NCBI GenBank assembly: GCA_028280285.1
Contig: JANQMA010000032.1
Coordinates: 17,091-81,090 of the forward strand
Direction of reading: 5' to 3'
Length of the DNA: 64,000 nt
Source: Candidatus Omnitrophota bacterium
Lineage (GTDB): Bacteria; Omnitrophota; Gorgyraeia; Zapsychrales; Zapsychraceae
Shown here: one piece after another, positions 8,823 through 17,017 of the stretch
Layout: every line of letters starts with the position of its first letter
How positions within the stretch are numbered: the first letter of the stretch is position 1
Notes under the pieces: model-generated
What the model was told of the DNA's origin: nothing
Database searches by the model: none
What the model saw: only the letters and a program-made list of their open reading frames with translations
Program-made: the position numbers and the translations under genes

Positions 8823-9032
8823 TTACTTTCCTTTACCGTAGCGTTTTTTAAACTTTTCAATACGCCCAGCCGAGTCAACAAGTTTCTTTTCACCTGTGTA
8901 AAAAGGATGACAGGATGAACAAATTTCCACATGGATATTCTGAACAGTCGAACGCGTGGGAATAGATGCGCCGCACGAACATCTGATCGTTGTTTCAACA
9001 TATTCTGGATGAATTTCTGGTCTCATTTTCAT
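8823..9032 (-). CDS. rpmE: 50S ribosomal protein L31
   Basis: 69 aa; CxxC...CxxC zinc ribbon, typical L31 sequence. Confidence 0.9.
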   Translation of the reverse strand: MKMRPEIHPEYVETTIRCSCGASIPTRSTVQNIHVEICSSCHPFYTGEKKLVDSAGRIEKFKKRYGKGK

Positions 9033-9072
9033 AACTCCGTTTATTTCTTACCACTTATCACTTATCTTTAAA

Positions 9073-9100
9073 TTGAGCCAAATTATACCACATTTTTACC
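9073..9100 (-). promoter_or_regulatory. sigma70-type promoter for rpmE: TTGCCA -16 nt- TG-n-TATAAT (extended -10)
   Basis: rc of 9073-9100 gives ttgccaaggggtaaaaatgtggtataat; GGAG RBS before ATG. Confidence 0.5.
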
Positions 9101-9122
9101 CCTTGGCAATTAATTTATCAGC

Positions 9123-9437
9123 CTAGCGGTGATCTCCATCGCCCTTGATTTTGCCTTCTTCTTGGCGTTTGGCGAGTTTGGCGATATTATCCTCCGCGAT
9201 ATCGCTGAGCTCAAACCCCAATTCATGGGCCAAGACCGCGATATAATAGAGCACATCTCCTATCTCCTTGAAAGAGCGAGACTTAAGCTCCTGTACATCA
9301 TAATCGCCGCGGAGGTGCTTTTTGATGCGTTCGGACAGCTCACCGGCCTCCCCGCAGACCCCCAAAAAGGAACGGATGAGCCGCTGATCTCCATGCCAGG
9401 TATTTAAACATTTACTCTGATAATCATTTAATTCCAT
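9123..9437 (-). CDS. MazG-like nucleotide pyrophosphohydrolase domain protein
   Basis: 104 aa all-alpha; EAGE...E..D metal-binding motif pattern of MazG/HisE superfamily. Confidence 0.65.
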   Translation of the reverse strand: MELNDYQSKCLNTWHGDQRLIRSFLGVCGEAGELSERIKKHLRGDYDVQELKSRSFKEIGDVLYYIAVLAHELGFELSDIAEDNIAKLAKRQEEGKIKGDGDHR

Positions 9438-9452
9438 TTTTTCCCTTTCTTT

Positions 9453-9525
9453 GAATTAAGGGGACACATTACTTAATTCATTTTAATCATTGTTGACCGA
9501 ATTAAGTAATGTGTCCCCTTAATTC
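9453..9525. repeat. perfect 27-bp inverted repeat (GAATTAAGGGGACACATTACTTAATTC) separated by 19 nt, immediately after stop of membrane-protein gene and 16 nt before the MazG-like start
   Basis: 9453-9479 and 9499-9525 exact reverse complements (27/27). Confidence 0.85.
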
Positions 9526-10091
9526 TATATAAATACAACCAACAAATTTACACAAATAATCCCGCGCATGGTCCAGGCGATGGTGCGTATCCAATTGAAA
9601 ATATTGATCCGCACATAGGCCTTATCATTATATTCCTTAAGCAGCGAATCATGCTGCGGCACCAAAAGAAACAAAGTAGAGAGCCAAATAACAAATATCA
9701 GCACCATCCCATAAATCAAAAGCACGGGCGGCACATGCGGATAAGGATACCAGAGCATAAGCGACGCTGTCACCGCCTCGAAAAACATAGGAAGGGCAAC
9801 TACTAGCGTCACCCGCCAGACATGCTGATTGTGGTACTTCGCAAAACTCTCGGTTCCGATATGGTCAAACAAAGGATAATTGACAATCTGAATCAACCAA
9901 ATCACCCCGACCATAATAAACGTACAAACAATATTAACCACAAGAAGTGTTTTGGCAACCGGCAAATAGGCATTAAGGTGATACGGATCAAAAACTAAAT
10001 TAATAATCACACACAAAGTGATTAAACCTACAACCGTCAAAAAAACATTAAGCAACAGTGGTCTTTTATCATCACGCATAGCACCCTCCAA
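9525..10091 (-). CDS. hypothetical integral membrane protein (about 5 TM)
   Basis: 188 aa strongly hydrophobic ORF; no family recognised. Confidence 0.45.
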   Translation of the reverse strand: MEGAMRDDKRPLLLNVFLTVVGLITLCVIINLVFDPYHLNAYLPVAKTLLVVNIVCTFIMVGVIWLIQIVNYPLFDHIGTESFAKYHNQHVWRVTLVVALPMFFEAVTASLMLWYPYPHVPPVLLIYGMVLIFVIWLSTLFLLVPQHDSLLKEYNDKAYVRINIFNWIRTIAWTMRGIICVNLLVVFI

Positions 10092-10097
10092 CCTTCA

Positions 10098-12254
10098 TTA
10101 ATCTTTTATCTTAAACTGAAATTTGAATTTGTAAAGAAGCGGTGTAACATAAAGGGCAATGAGCCCCGCAAAGGCCGCGCCAAAAACAATCGATCCGCCG
10201 AAACGTTGCAGCGGCGGAAAGATGGAAAGCAAGAAAATCACAAACCCAACCGAGACAACCGCAATCGATGTAAAAATCGGTTTATACAACTCTTCCTTAA
10301 TATCCTGCCAATCGGACTTACGTCCCTGCTCTTTGCGACGACGACGAATATTAATCATATGAATAATCGAGTCGATCCCCATCCCAATCGCGACATTCGA
10401 GGCCGGCGCCGAGACAATATCGAGCGGAATGCCGTAAATACCGGAAAAACCTAAAATGGTCAGCGGAATAAAAAGCACACCGACAATCGTCATTACCGCA
10501 ATTTTAATCGACCGCGAAATAATAAAGATAATCACACCAAATATAATCAAAAGTTTACCGAGCCCGTTAATCAAACTGTCCACCACAAGTTGCGATAGGT
10601 GACCTTGCAAAGAATAGACACCGCCAACAATCTCCGTTTTAAGCCCGCGTGAATCAACGATCTCCTTGAGTTCATCGATGACCTCCAGGCGCGATTGTGT
10701 GCGCCCGCCCTCATACATGCGTAGCAAATACAGCCCGTGCCGGCGGTCTTGCGTGACAAAACCTTTGGCGACTTCATCCAAGGCCTCACCTTCCAAAATT
10801 TTAACCAACAGTGACTTCGACAACAAAAAGGCAAACGGTTCTTTTAAAGCCTGGCTTAACAAAACCGGCAAAGATAAAGCCTGACCGACAGCTTTGTGGC
10901 TTTCCAAACCTTCTTGTAAATCCCACATCTTTTTAAACGAGGCGTTTGTCGTCAAGTTCTCATAGTCTTCGTTATGGGTCACAATCACCAAAGGGCTGCT
11001 TCCCCCATTGCGATCGATGTATTCAAGACCTTTATAAAGGCCACTCCCCTTTTGAAAATAAGAAAACAGGCTTGGGTCGGTATTTAATTTAGACACACCC
11101 GGAAGCACAATCACTAACACCAAACCAATGGCAACGATAAGGGTTACGGCATGTTTTTCAAGAAAACCAAAGAGCCTTTCTTCGCCTTTTAAGAAAGCCC
11201 CTTCGGTCAGCTGCAAACGACGTATGTTACGTAAGAATGCCGGATACATTGCATAAACAATTAACATCGCCACCACACAGCCAACAGCACCGGAGACACC
11301 AAAATCGCGCAACGGTTTGGCCGGCACCGTCATCAACGAAACAAAGCCTAAAAGGGTTGTCAACATACTCCAAAAAGATGCCGGAAACGTCGCCTTAACC
11401 GCGTCGATAACCGGAGTCTCCTGTGTATGCTTAACCGCGGTCTGCCAGTTAAAGGTCAAAAAAATAATATGCGACAGTGTCATAATAAAAACGATCAGCG
11501 GAATATTCGCTGAGATAAGCCCGATCGGTACATTAAAAAAGCTAAGCACAAGAAGCGTGATTAAACACGCGTTAAGACAAACCACATAGGTTCCAAACAA
11601 AATACTCTTCGATTGGAAAATCATGTAAACCATAAGCCCAAAGACAATAAAGGCAAGCGTTGAAAACAAAATCAAATCACGCGTCAGATTGCGCGCAATA
11701 AGCTCAACCATATAGGGAAATCCCGAGATCGCCAACTTGTAATCATCATCGGTAAATTTGTCGGACACTGCCTCGATTTGAGGAACAATCGTTTTGGATT
11801 GAGATAAATCAATGACCGCGATGAGAAGCGTCGATTTACGATCCTGGGCGATTAAAAGCCTGCTCCACATTGGCCCTTCCAAAGCATGCTTGAGCGTCTT
11901 CGGTCCGTCCGCGAGGCTGATGACAGAGCGCACGCCATCAATGTTTTTAATCGCGGATGATATACGCACTATTCGCTCGTAATACTGCGGCGAATCGATT
12001 GCACCTTCCACACTGATGACAAGCTCGGTGCCGGCCGAGCCGAATAATTGATTAATCTTAAGTTCGGATTGGAATTCCGGATCACTACTAGAGAAGAAAA
12101 CATTCTCATCAATCTGGGGTGTTAAATTGACACAACAGGCCAAGGTCATGATACACAAAAGTGTGACCCCGATAAACGCCCAGATTTCTCTTGTAATAGG
12201 AAGGTTTTTAAAAAACTGAACAAGACTTGTCCAGATAGGTTTATGTGAAGACAT
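10098..12254 (-). CDS. MMPL/RND-superfamily transporter (12-TM exporter, two periplasmic loops)
   Basis: 718 aa; two 6-TM bundles each preceded by large soluble loop, SSD-like region; resembles MMPL/HpnN-type exporters. Confidence 0.65.
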   Translation of the reverse strand: MSSHKPIWTSLVQFFKNLPITREIWAFIGVTLLCIMTLACCVNLTPQIDENVFFSSSDPEFQSELKINQLFGSAGTELVISVEGAIDSPQYYERIVRISSAIKNIDGVRSVISLADGPKTLKHALEGPMWSRLLIAQDRKSTLLIAVIDLSQSKTIVPQIEAVSDKFTDDDYKLAISGFPYMVELIARNLTRDLILFSTLAFIVFGLMVYMIFQSKSILFGTYVVCLNACLITLLVLSFFNVPIGLISANIPLIVFIMTLSHIIFLTFNWQTAVKHTQETPVIDAVKATFPASFWSMLTTLLGFVSLMTVPAKPLRDFGVSGAVGCVVAMLIVYAMYPAFLRNIRRLQLTEGAFLKGEERLFGFLEKHAVTLIVAIGLVLVIVLPGVSKLNTDPSLFSYFQKGSGLYKGLEYIDRNGGSSPLVIVTHNEDYENLTTNASFKKMWDLQEGLESHKAVGQALSLPVLLSQALKEPFAFLLSKSLLVKILEGEALDEVAKGFVTQDRRHGLYLLRMYEGGRTQSRLEVIDELKEIVDSRGLKTEIVGGVYSLQGHLSQLVVDSLINGLGKLLIIFGVIIFIISRSIKIAVMTIVGVLFIPLTILGFSGIYGIPLDIVSAPASNVAIGMGIDSIIHMINIRRRRKEQGRKSDWQDIKEELYKPIFTSIAVVSVGFVIFLLSIFPPLQRFGGSIVFGAAFAGLIALYVTPLLYKFKFQFKIKD

Positions 12255-12268
12255 TGGCGTATTGTATC

Positions 12269-12321
12269 ATTAAAATAGGGACGGGCCCTGGTTTTAAATA
12301 TGTAAACCAGAATCCGTCCCT
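12269..12321 (-). terminator. putative intrinsic terminator after acidic-repeat protein gene
   Basis: hairpin AGGGACGG...CCGTCCCT (8-bp outer stem plus inner CTGGTTT/AAACCAG) followed by AUUUUAAU on minus strand. Confidence 0.45.
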
Positions 12322-12336
12322 CATTCGGTCAACAAA

Positions 12337-12723
12337 TTATTTCGTCGCTTCTTCGATCACAGATTCAGCTGCCTCTGTAACCGTATCTGCAGCATCAGAT
12401 GCTGTTTTAAGGGCATCTTCGGCGCCTTCGGCTGCTCCCTCTGTTGCCTCAGCTAACTCTTCCGCCGCATCTTCTGCAATTTTCTCACCCGCCTCAGCCA
12501 ATTCTTCCGCGGCATCCTCGGCACCCTCTTTTGCTTCGGCTGCTTCTTCGGTTACCTCTTCGCCTGCTTCATCTGCGGCTTGAGCAATTTTTTCTGCTGC
12601 TTCTGTTGCCTCCGCTTTTACCTCTGTGGCTTCAGACGCCTTGGCTTGCTCTTTTTGGTATCCTGCATAGGCATATGCCCCAACAAGAAGACCGACTGCA
12701 ATAAGTGCAATAATTTTGCGCAT
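12337..12723 (-). CDS. secreted/membrane-anchored acidic Ala/Glu-rich repeat protein
   Basis: start taken at MRKIIALIAVGLLVGAYAYA (signal peptide, AAGGAG RBS) rather than upstream ORF start at 12825; remainder is EAAE/AEEL low-complexity. Confidence 0.5.
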   Translation of the reverse strand: MRKIIALIAVGLLVGAYAYAGYQKEQAKASEATEVKAEATEAAEKIAQAADEAGEEVTEEAAEAKEGAEDAAEELAEAGEKIAEDAAEELAEATEGAAEGAEDALKTASDAADTVTEAAESVIEEATK

Positions 12724-12855
12724 GTTAACTCCTTTTTTGCTTCTGTTGTTAACGAAAATCTGTTTGATGCCCAACCCTGTTGGGCCGATGTCCAACATCC
12801 TCTCACCAAATCCTGATTTCGTCAAGGGATTAAATGAGAGTCCGAAGTGGTTGAA

Positions 12856-13557
12856 TCACCATGGAATTTGTGCCCCATCATAGGCGAGGAAGGCACCGGA
12901 TTGCGCAGGGGTGACATTGGCCAGGACATCGCGCAGGCCGGTAACGCTGGTTGGGACATCAATCAGGGCATTGGGCCCACCCATATCGGTTTGAACCCAG
13001 CCCGGATGAAGCAGGGCCACTTTAATATTGCGATGAGCCAAATCAATCGATAAACTTTTGGCAATTTGATTCACCCCTGCCTTAGAAGAGCGATACAAAT
13101 AGGAACCCCCTGAGGTATTGTCCTCAAGGCTTCCCATTTTACTTGTCAAAATCGCAATTAATTTTTTATCACTGCGCGCGACTTGCTCAACGAAAGCTTC
13201 TGTGACAAATAGTGGCGCGAGTGTATTAATTTCAAGCACCTTGATCCAGTCATCGTGATCAATATGGCCGAGGCTTGAACCTTTTGATCCGTAATAACCC
13301 GCATTGTTAATCAAGATATCAATGCTTTCGTCTTGAAGCTCATCGGCAAGCTTACCGATTTGCTCCTGTGATGTGACATCAAGCGCAAAGACCTTAACAT
13401 CGCCATTGTCTGCCAAGGCATCCAATGCATCGGCGTTTTGTGGATCACGACAAGTAGCCAACACACGCCAGCCATCGGCTGCATACTGCCGGGCAAACTC
13501 CAAACCGATCCCGCGATTCGCTCCTGTGATGAAGATTGTTGAGGCTGATTTATTCAT
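12856..13557 (-). CDS. short-chain dehydrogenase/reductase (C-factor/CsgA-like SDR)
   Basis: 233 aa; TGANRGIG cofactor motif, YxxxK active site. Confidence 0.8.
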   Translation of the reverse strand: MNKSASTIFITGANRGIGLEFARQYAADGWRVLATCRDPQNADALDALADNGDVKVFALDVTSQEQIGKLADELQDESIDILINNAGYYGSKGSSLGHIDHDDWIKVLEINTLAPLFVTEAFVEQVARSDKKLIAILTSKMGSLEDNTSGGSYLYRSSKAGVNQIAKSLSIDLAHRNIKVALLHPGWVQTDMGGPNALIDVPTSVTGLRDVLANVTPAQSGAFLAYDGAQIPW

Positions 13558-13577
13558 ATTAATAAGATAAAAAATTC

Positions 13578-13633
13578 AAGCGTCGTTGGTCATTGGTCGT
13601 TAGTCATTCGTCCTCCAATGACTAATGACCAAA
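13578..13633. repeat. family-2 palindromic element (GTCGTTGGTCATT...CGTCCTCC...AATGACTAATGACC) between rho stop and SDR start
   Basis: 54-nt core 96% identical to copy at 42179-42240. Confidence 0.8.
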
Positions 13634-13655
13634 TACTAAAAACCGGCTGCTACAG

Positions 13656-15020
13656 TTAATCCTGACCCAAATGATCTAAGAAGTCACGGTTGGTGTCATA
13701 CTTACCGACTTTTTCGATTAAGAGTTCCATCGCCTCGGCGGAGTTGAGATCAGCAATCGCCTTGCGCAAAAGCCACATGCGCTGAAGATCATTATCATCC
13801 ATGAGCTTTTCTTCATGACGTGTGTTGGAACGCTTAATGTCGATCGCCGGATAAATACGACGCTGAAATAAATTACGATCCAGCTGCAACTCCATATTAC
13901 CGGTTCCCTTAAACTCTTCAAAGATGACCTCATCCATACGGCTTCCGGTTTCAACAAGGGACGTCGCAATGATGGTTAAACTACCGCCCTCTTCCACGCA
14001 ACGGGCGGCTCCAAAGAAACGCTTCGGTTTGTGAAGCGCGTTGGCATCAACACCCCCGGAGAGAATCTTACCGGAATGTGGCACAACCGTGTTGTAGGCA
14101 CGCGCCAGACGCGTGATACTATCAAGGAGAATAATCACATCACGCTTGTGCTCAACCAACCGCTTCGCCTTCTCAAGCACCATCTCGGCGATCTGCACAT
14201 GACGTTCAGCCGGCTCATCAAAGGTTGAGGCGACAACCTCACCCTTTACACTGCGTTGCATGTCCGTTACCTCCTCGGGACGTTCGTCGATCAAAAGCAC
14301 CATCAGGATGGCATCCGGGTGATTGGTTGTAATCGCATTCGCCACCTTTTGCATCAACACCGTCTTACCACTGTAAGGCGGCGCCACAATCAACGCGCGC
14401 TGCCCCTTACCCAAAGGTGTAACCAAACTCATAATCCGTGTCGACAACTCTTCCTTCTTTGTCTCCATTTCCAAACGCTCATGTGGATAAAGTGGTGTTA
14501 AGTTATCAAAAAAGATTTTATCCTTGCAAATTTCGGGATTTTCAAAATTAACCGCTTCTACTTTTAAAAGGGCAAAATATTTCTCGCCCTCTTTAGGCGG
14601 GCGGATATGTCCGCTGACATGATCGCCTGTCTTTAAATCAAAACGGCGGATCTGCGACGGAGAAATATAAATATCATCCGGACACGGTAGATAGTTGTAA
14701 TTAACACTGCGCAGAAAACCGAATCCTTCCGAAAGGATCTCAAGCGTGCCTTCGCCAAACATAACGCCGGCGCTTTCCGCCTGCGCCTGAAGGATTTTAA
14801 AGATCAAATCCTGCTTACGCGCACCGCTGATCCCCTCGATATTTTTCTCCCGCCCAAGTTTAAGCAAATCGCCCATCTTCATATTTTTGAGTTTCGTAAT
14901 ATCAAGGTGGCTCTTGTCATTAATGATTTTATCCGGCGTCTTGCGGGCCGCGGATTTTTTAGCTCCGTTGCCATTTTTTGATTTTGTTTCTTTTGTTTTT
15001 GTTTCGACTGCTTTAGCCAT
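13656..15020 (-). CDS. rho: transcription termination factor Rho
   Basis: 454 aa; Rho N-terminal domain, CSD, Walker A GKTVLMQ, RecA-like core. Confidence 0.9.
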   Translation of the reverse strand: MAKAVETKTKETKSKNGNGAKKSAARKTPDKIINDKSHLDITKLKNMKMGDLLKLGREKNIEGISGARKQDLIFKILQAQAESAGVMFGEGTLEILSEGFGFLRSVNYNYLPCPDDIYISPSQIRRFDLKTGDHVSGHIRPPKEGEKYFALLKVEAVNFENPEICKDKIFFDNLTPLYPHERLEMETKKEELSTRIMSLVTPLGKGQRALIVAPPYSGKTVLMQKVANAITTNHPDAILMVLLIDERPEEVTDMQRSVKGEVVASTFDEPAERHVQIAEMVLEKAKRLVEHKRDVIILLDSITRLARAYNTVVPHSGKILSGGVDANALHKPKRFFGAARCVEEGGSLTIIATSLVETGSRMDEVIFEEFKGTGNMELQLDRNLFQRRIYPAIDIKRSNTRHEEKLMDDNDLQRMWLLRKAIADLNSAEAMELLIEKVGKYDTNRDFLDHLGQD

Positions 15021-15047
15021 TATTGACCTCTCTTTTTCATTTTAAAT

Positions 15048-15629
15048 TTAAATATATTTATCATAAATTTTTTTTACCTGGCTTTTCATTTGTTTCTGTG
15101 TTCCTCTATTATCAATCACCTCATCGGCGAGCTTAATTTTTTGATGCATGGGCATCTGTGCGCGAATACGCCGTAATGCCTCAGCCTTGGAAATCCCCAT
15201 ACGACGCACAATCCTTTTGATTTGAAGCGCCTGGTTTGCTTTAACCACCACATTAATATCGGTTAATTTATGTAAACGCCCTTCGAAAAGAAGCGGTACA
15301 TCTAAGACAATACAACGTGCGTTTTTATGCTTTGTTAAAAAACTCTTAAGCCTCTTCCCCACCAATGGATGCACAATATTCTCCAAACGTTTTAAGCGCG
15401 CGCGGTTTTTAAACACATGCGCCCCTAGTGCTGCACGGTCAATCTTCCCTTTTTGATCAATAACATTTTTAAACACTTGTTTGACTCGGCGAATACAGGC
15501 CGCATCACTCTTTAAAAGATCATGAACGACCTTGTCGGCATCAAAAACTTTGGCGCCGAGCGTCTTAAACATTTGTGCCGCCGAGCTCTTTCCTGTCGCG
15601 AGGCTACCTGTTAAACCGATTACAAACAT
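15048..15629 (-). CDS. coaE: dephospho-CoA kinase
   Basis: 193 aa; P-loop GLTGSLATGKSS. Confidence 0.85.
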   Translation of the reverse strand: MFVIGLTGSLATGKSSAAQMFKTLGAKVFDADKVVHDLLKSDAACIRRVKQVFKNVIDQKGKIDRAALGAHVFKNRARLKRLENIVHPLVGKRLKSFLTKHKNARCIVLDVPLLFEGRLHKLTDINVVVKANQALQIKRIVRRMGISKAEALRRIRAQMPMHQKIKLADEVIDNRGTQKQMKSQVKKIYDKYI

Positions 15630-17017
15630 GCGTATACTTTTTTGTATTCTTTCGCGGATTTATCCCATGAAAAGTCCGCGTTAAATCCACTTACAATAAG
15701 CCTTTTCATTTTTGTGCTATTGGCATACACCTTGATCGCCTCTTCAATGTTTGCCACGAGCGTATCAATGCTTGGTTTTGTCATCACAAACCCTGTGCCA
15801 TTCCGTTTTTTATGCGGCACAACCGTGTCGGCCAAGCCGCCTGTCTGGTTAACAAGCGGCAGCGTGCCATAACGCATACTGATCATTTGCGACAAGCCGC
15901 ACGGTTCAAAACGTGAGGGCATGAGAAAGAAATCACTGCCTGCATAAATCCTATGCGCCAAACGCTCATCAAATTCAAAAACAGTCGCGACATTTTTCTT
16001 CATCAGCCTCATGGTACGTTTAAGCTTCTCGGTAATCGACTGATCGCCAAGCCCTTGAATCACAAACTGGGCATCCTTTTCTTCAAACTGCAATATAGCC
16101 TCAGCAATAAGGTCCGCTCCCTTTTGATGCGTAACCCGTCCGACAAATCCAAAAAGCGGAACATTAGGGCTCACCTCAAACTTAAATTTCTTCTGTAAAT
16201 ATTCTTTATGAGTCTTTTTCCCGGACACAAAAGACTTGGCTGAATATTTCTTTAAAAGATGTTTATCATGCGCCGGATTCCAAATATCACAATCAATGCC
16301 GTTAACAATACCCGTCGGTTTATTTTTCTTTTGTTTAAGGACGCCCTCTAAACCACAACCGAAATCAGCTGTTTGAATCTCGGCCGCATAGCTTTTGCTG
16401 ACACTTGTAATCATATCGCTAAAAATAATCCCGGCCTTAAGAAGGTTCATCCGTCCATAAAATTCAAATCCATTTGGTCCAAACAGTTTGGCATCGAACC
16501 CCGTTTGTTTAAACTGCTGATAAGTAAAGATCCCCTGAAACGCCAAATTATGAATTGTCAGCAAACACTTAAGCCTTGCAAACGCCGTATCTTTTTTATA
16601 TTTTGTTTTCAAAAGAACAGGGACGAGTGATGCCTGCCAGTCATGGCAATGCACAATGTTCACATCCGCTTCATATTCTCGGATCACCCCAAGCGCCTGT
16701 TCACAAAAATACTGATAACGCTCGAGATTATCCTCAAAATCACCCTTGGCCGAACCATACAGACCGACCCGATCAAAATACTTTTTTGATTTGATCAAAT
16801 AAACACGGATCGATTTACCCAACACCGTTTGCGCAACCGTCGCTGAAAGCTGCTTGACCTTAAACCCACGCGTATTAACCTCACGGTAATAGGGAATAAC
16901 AATGACCGTCGGGACCTTGATCCGCTCAAGGGCCAACGGTAATGCCCCACACACATCCGCCAAACCACCGGTCTTAACAAAGGGCACACACTCAGAGGCA
17001 ATAAACGCTATTTTCAT
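15620..17017 (-). CDS. glgA: glycogen synthase (GT5, ADP-glucose type)
   Basis: 465 aa; N-terminal KTGGLADV motif, GT-B fold. Confidence 0.85.
   Translation of the reverse strand: MKIAFIASECVPFVKTGGLADVCGALPLALERIKVPTVIVIPYYREVNTRGFKVKQLSATVAQTVLGKSIRVYLIKSKKYFDRVGLYGSAKGDFEDNLERYQYFCEQALGVIREYEADVNIVHCHDWQASLVPVLLKTKYKKDTAFARLKCLLTIHNLAFQGIFTYQQFKQTGFDAKLFGPNGFEFYGRMNLLKAGIIFSDMITSVSKSYAAEIQTADFGCGLEGVLKQKKNKPTGIVNGIDCDIWNPAHDKHLLKKYSAKSFVSGKKTHKEYLQKKFKFEVSPNVPLFGFVGRVTHQKGADLIAEAILQFEEKDAQFVIQGLGDQSITEKLKRTMRLMKKNVATVFEFDERLAHRIYAGSDFFLMPSRFEPCGLSQMISMRYGTLPLVNQTGGLADTVVPHKKRNGTGFVMTKPSIDTLVANIEEAIKVYANSTKMKRLIVSGFNADFSWDKSAKEYKKVYACL

Noticed and set aside
12245-12704. Plus-strand ORFs (112 and 86 aa) rich in Ser/Ala or Leu/Pro
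   Set aside because: They are shadow frames of the minus-strand acidic Ala/Glu repeat gene, and repeat DNA keeps all frames open.
12724-12825. Upstream extension of the acidic-repeat protein ORF (MTKSGFGERMLDIGP...)
   Set aside because: The internal Met at 12723 has an AAGGAG RBS and is followed immediately by a signal peptide, so the upstream 34 codons are likely non-coding.
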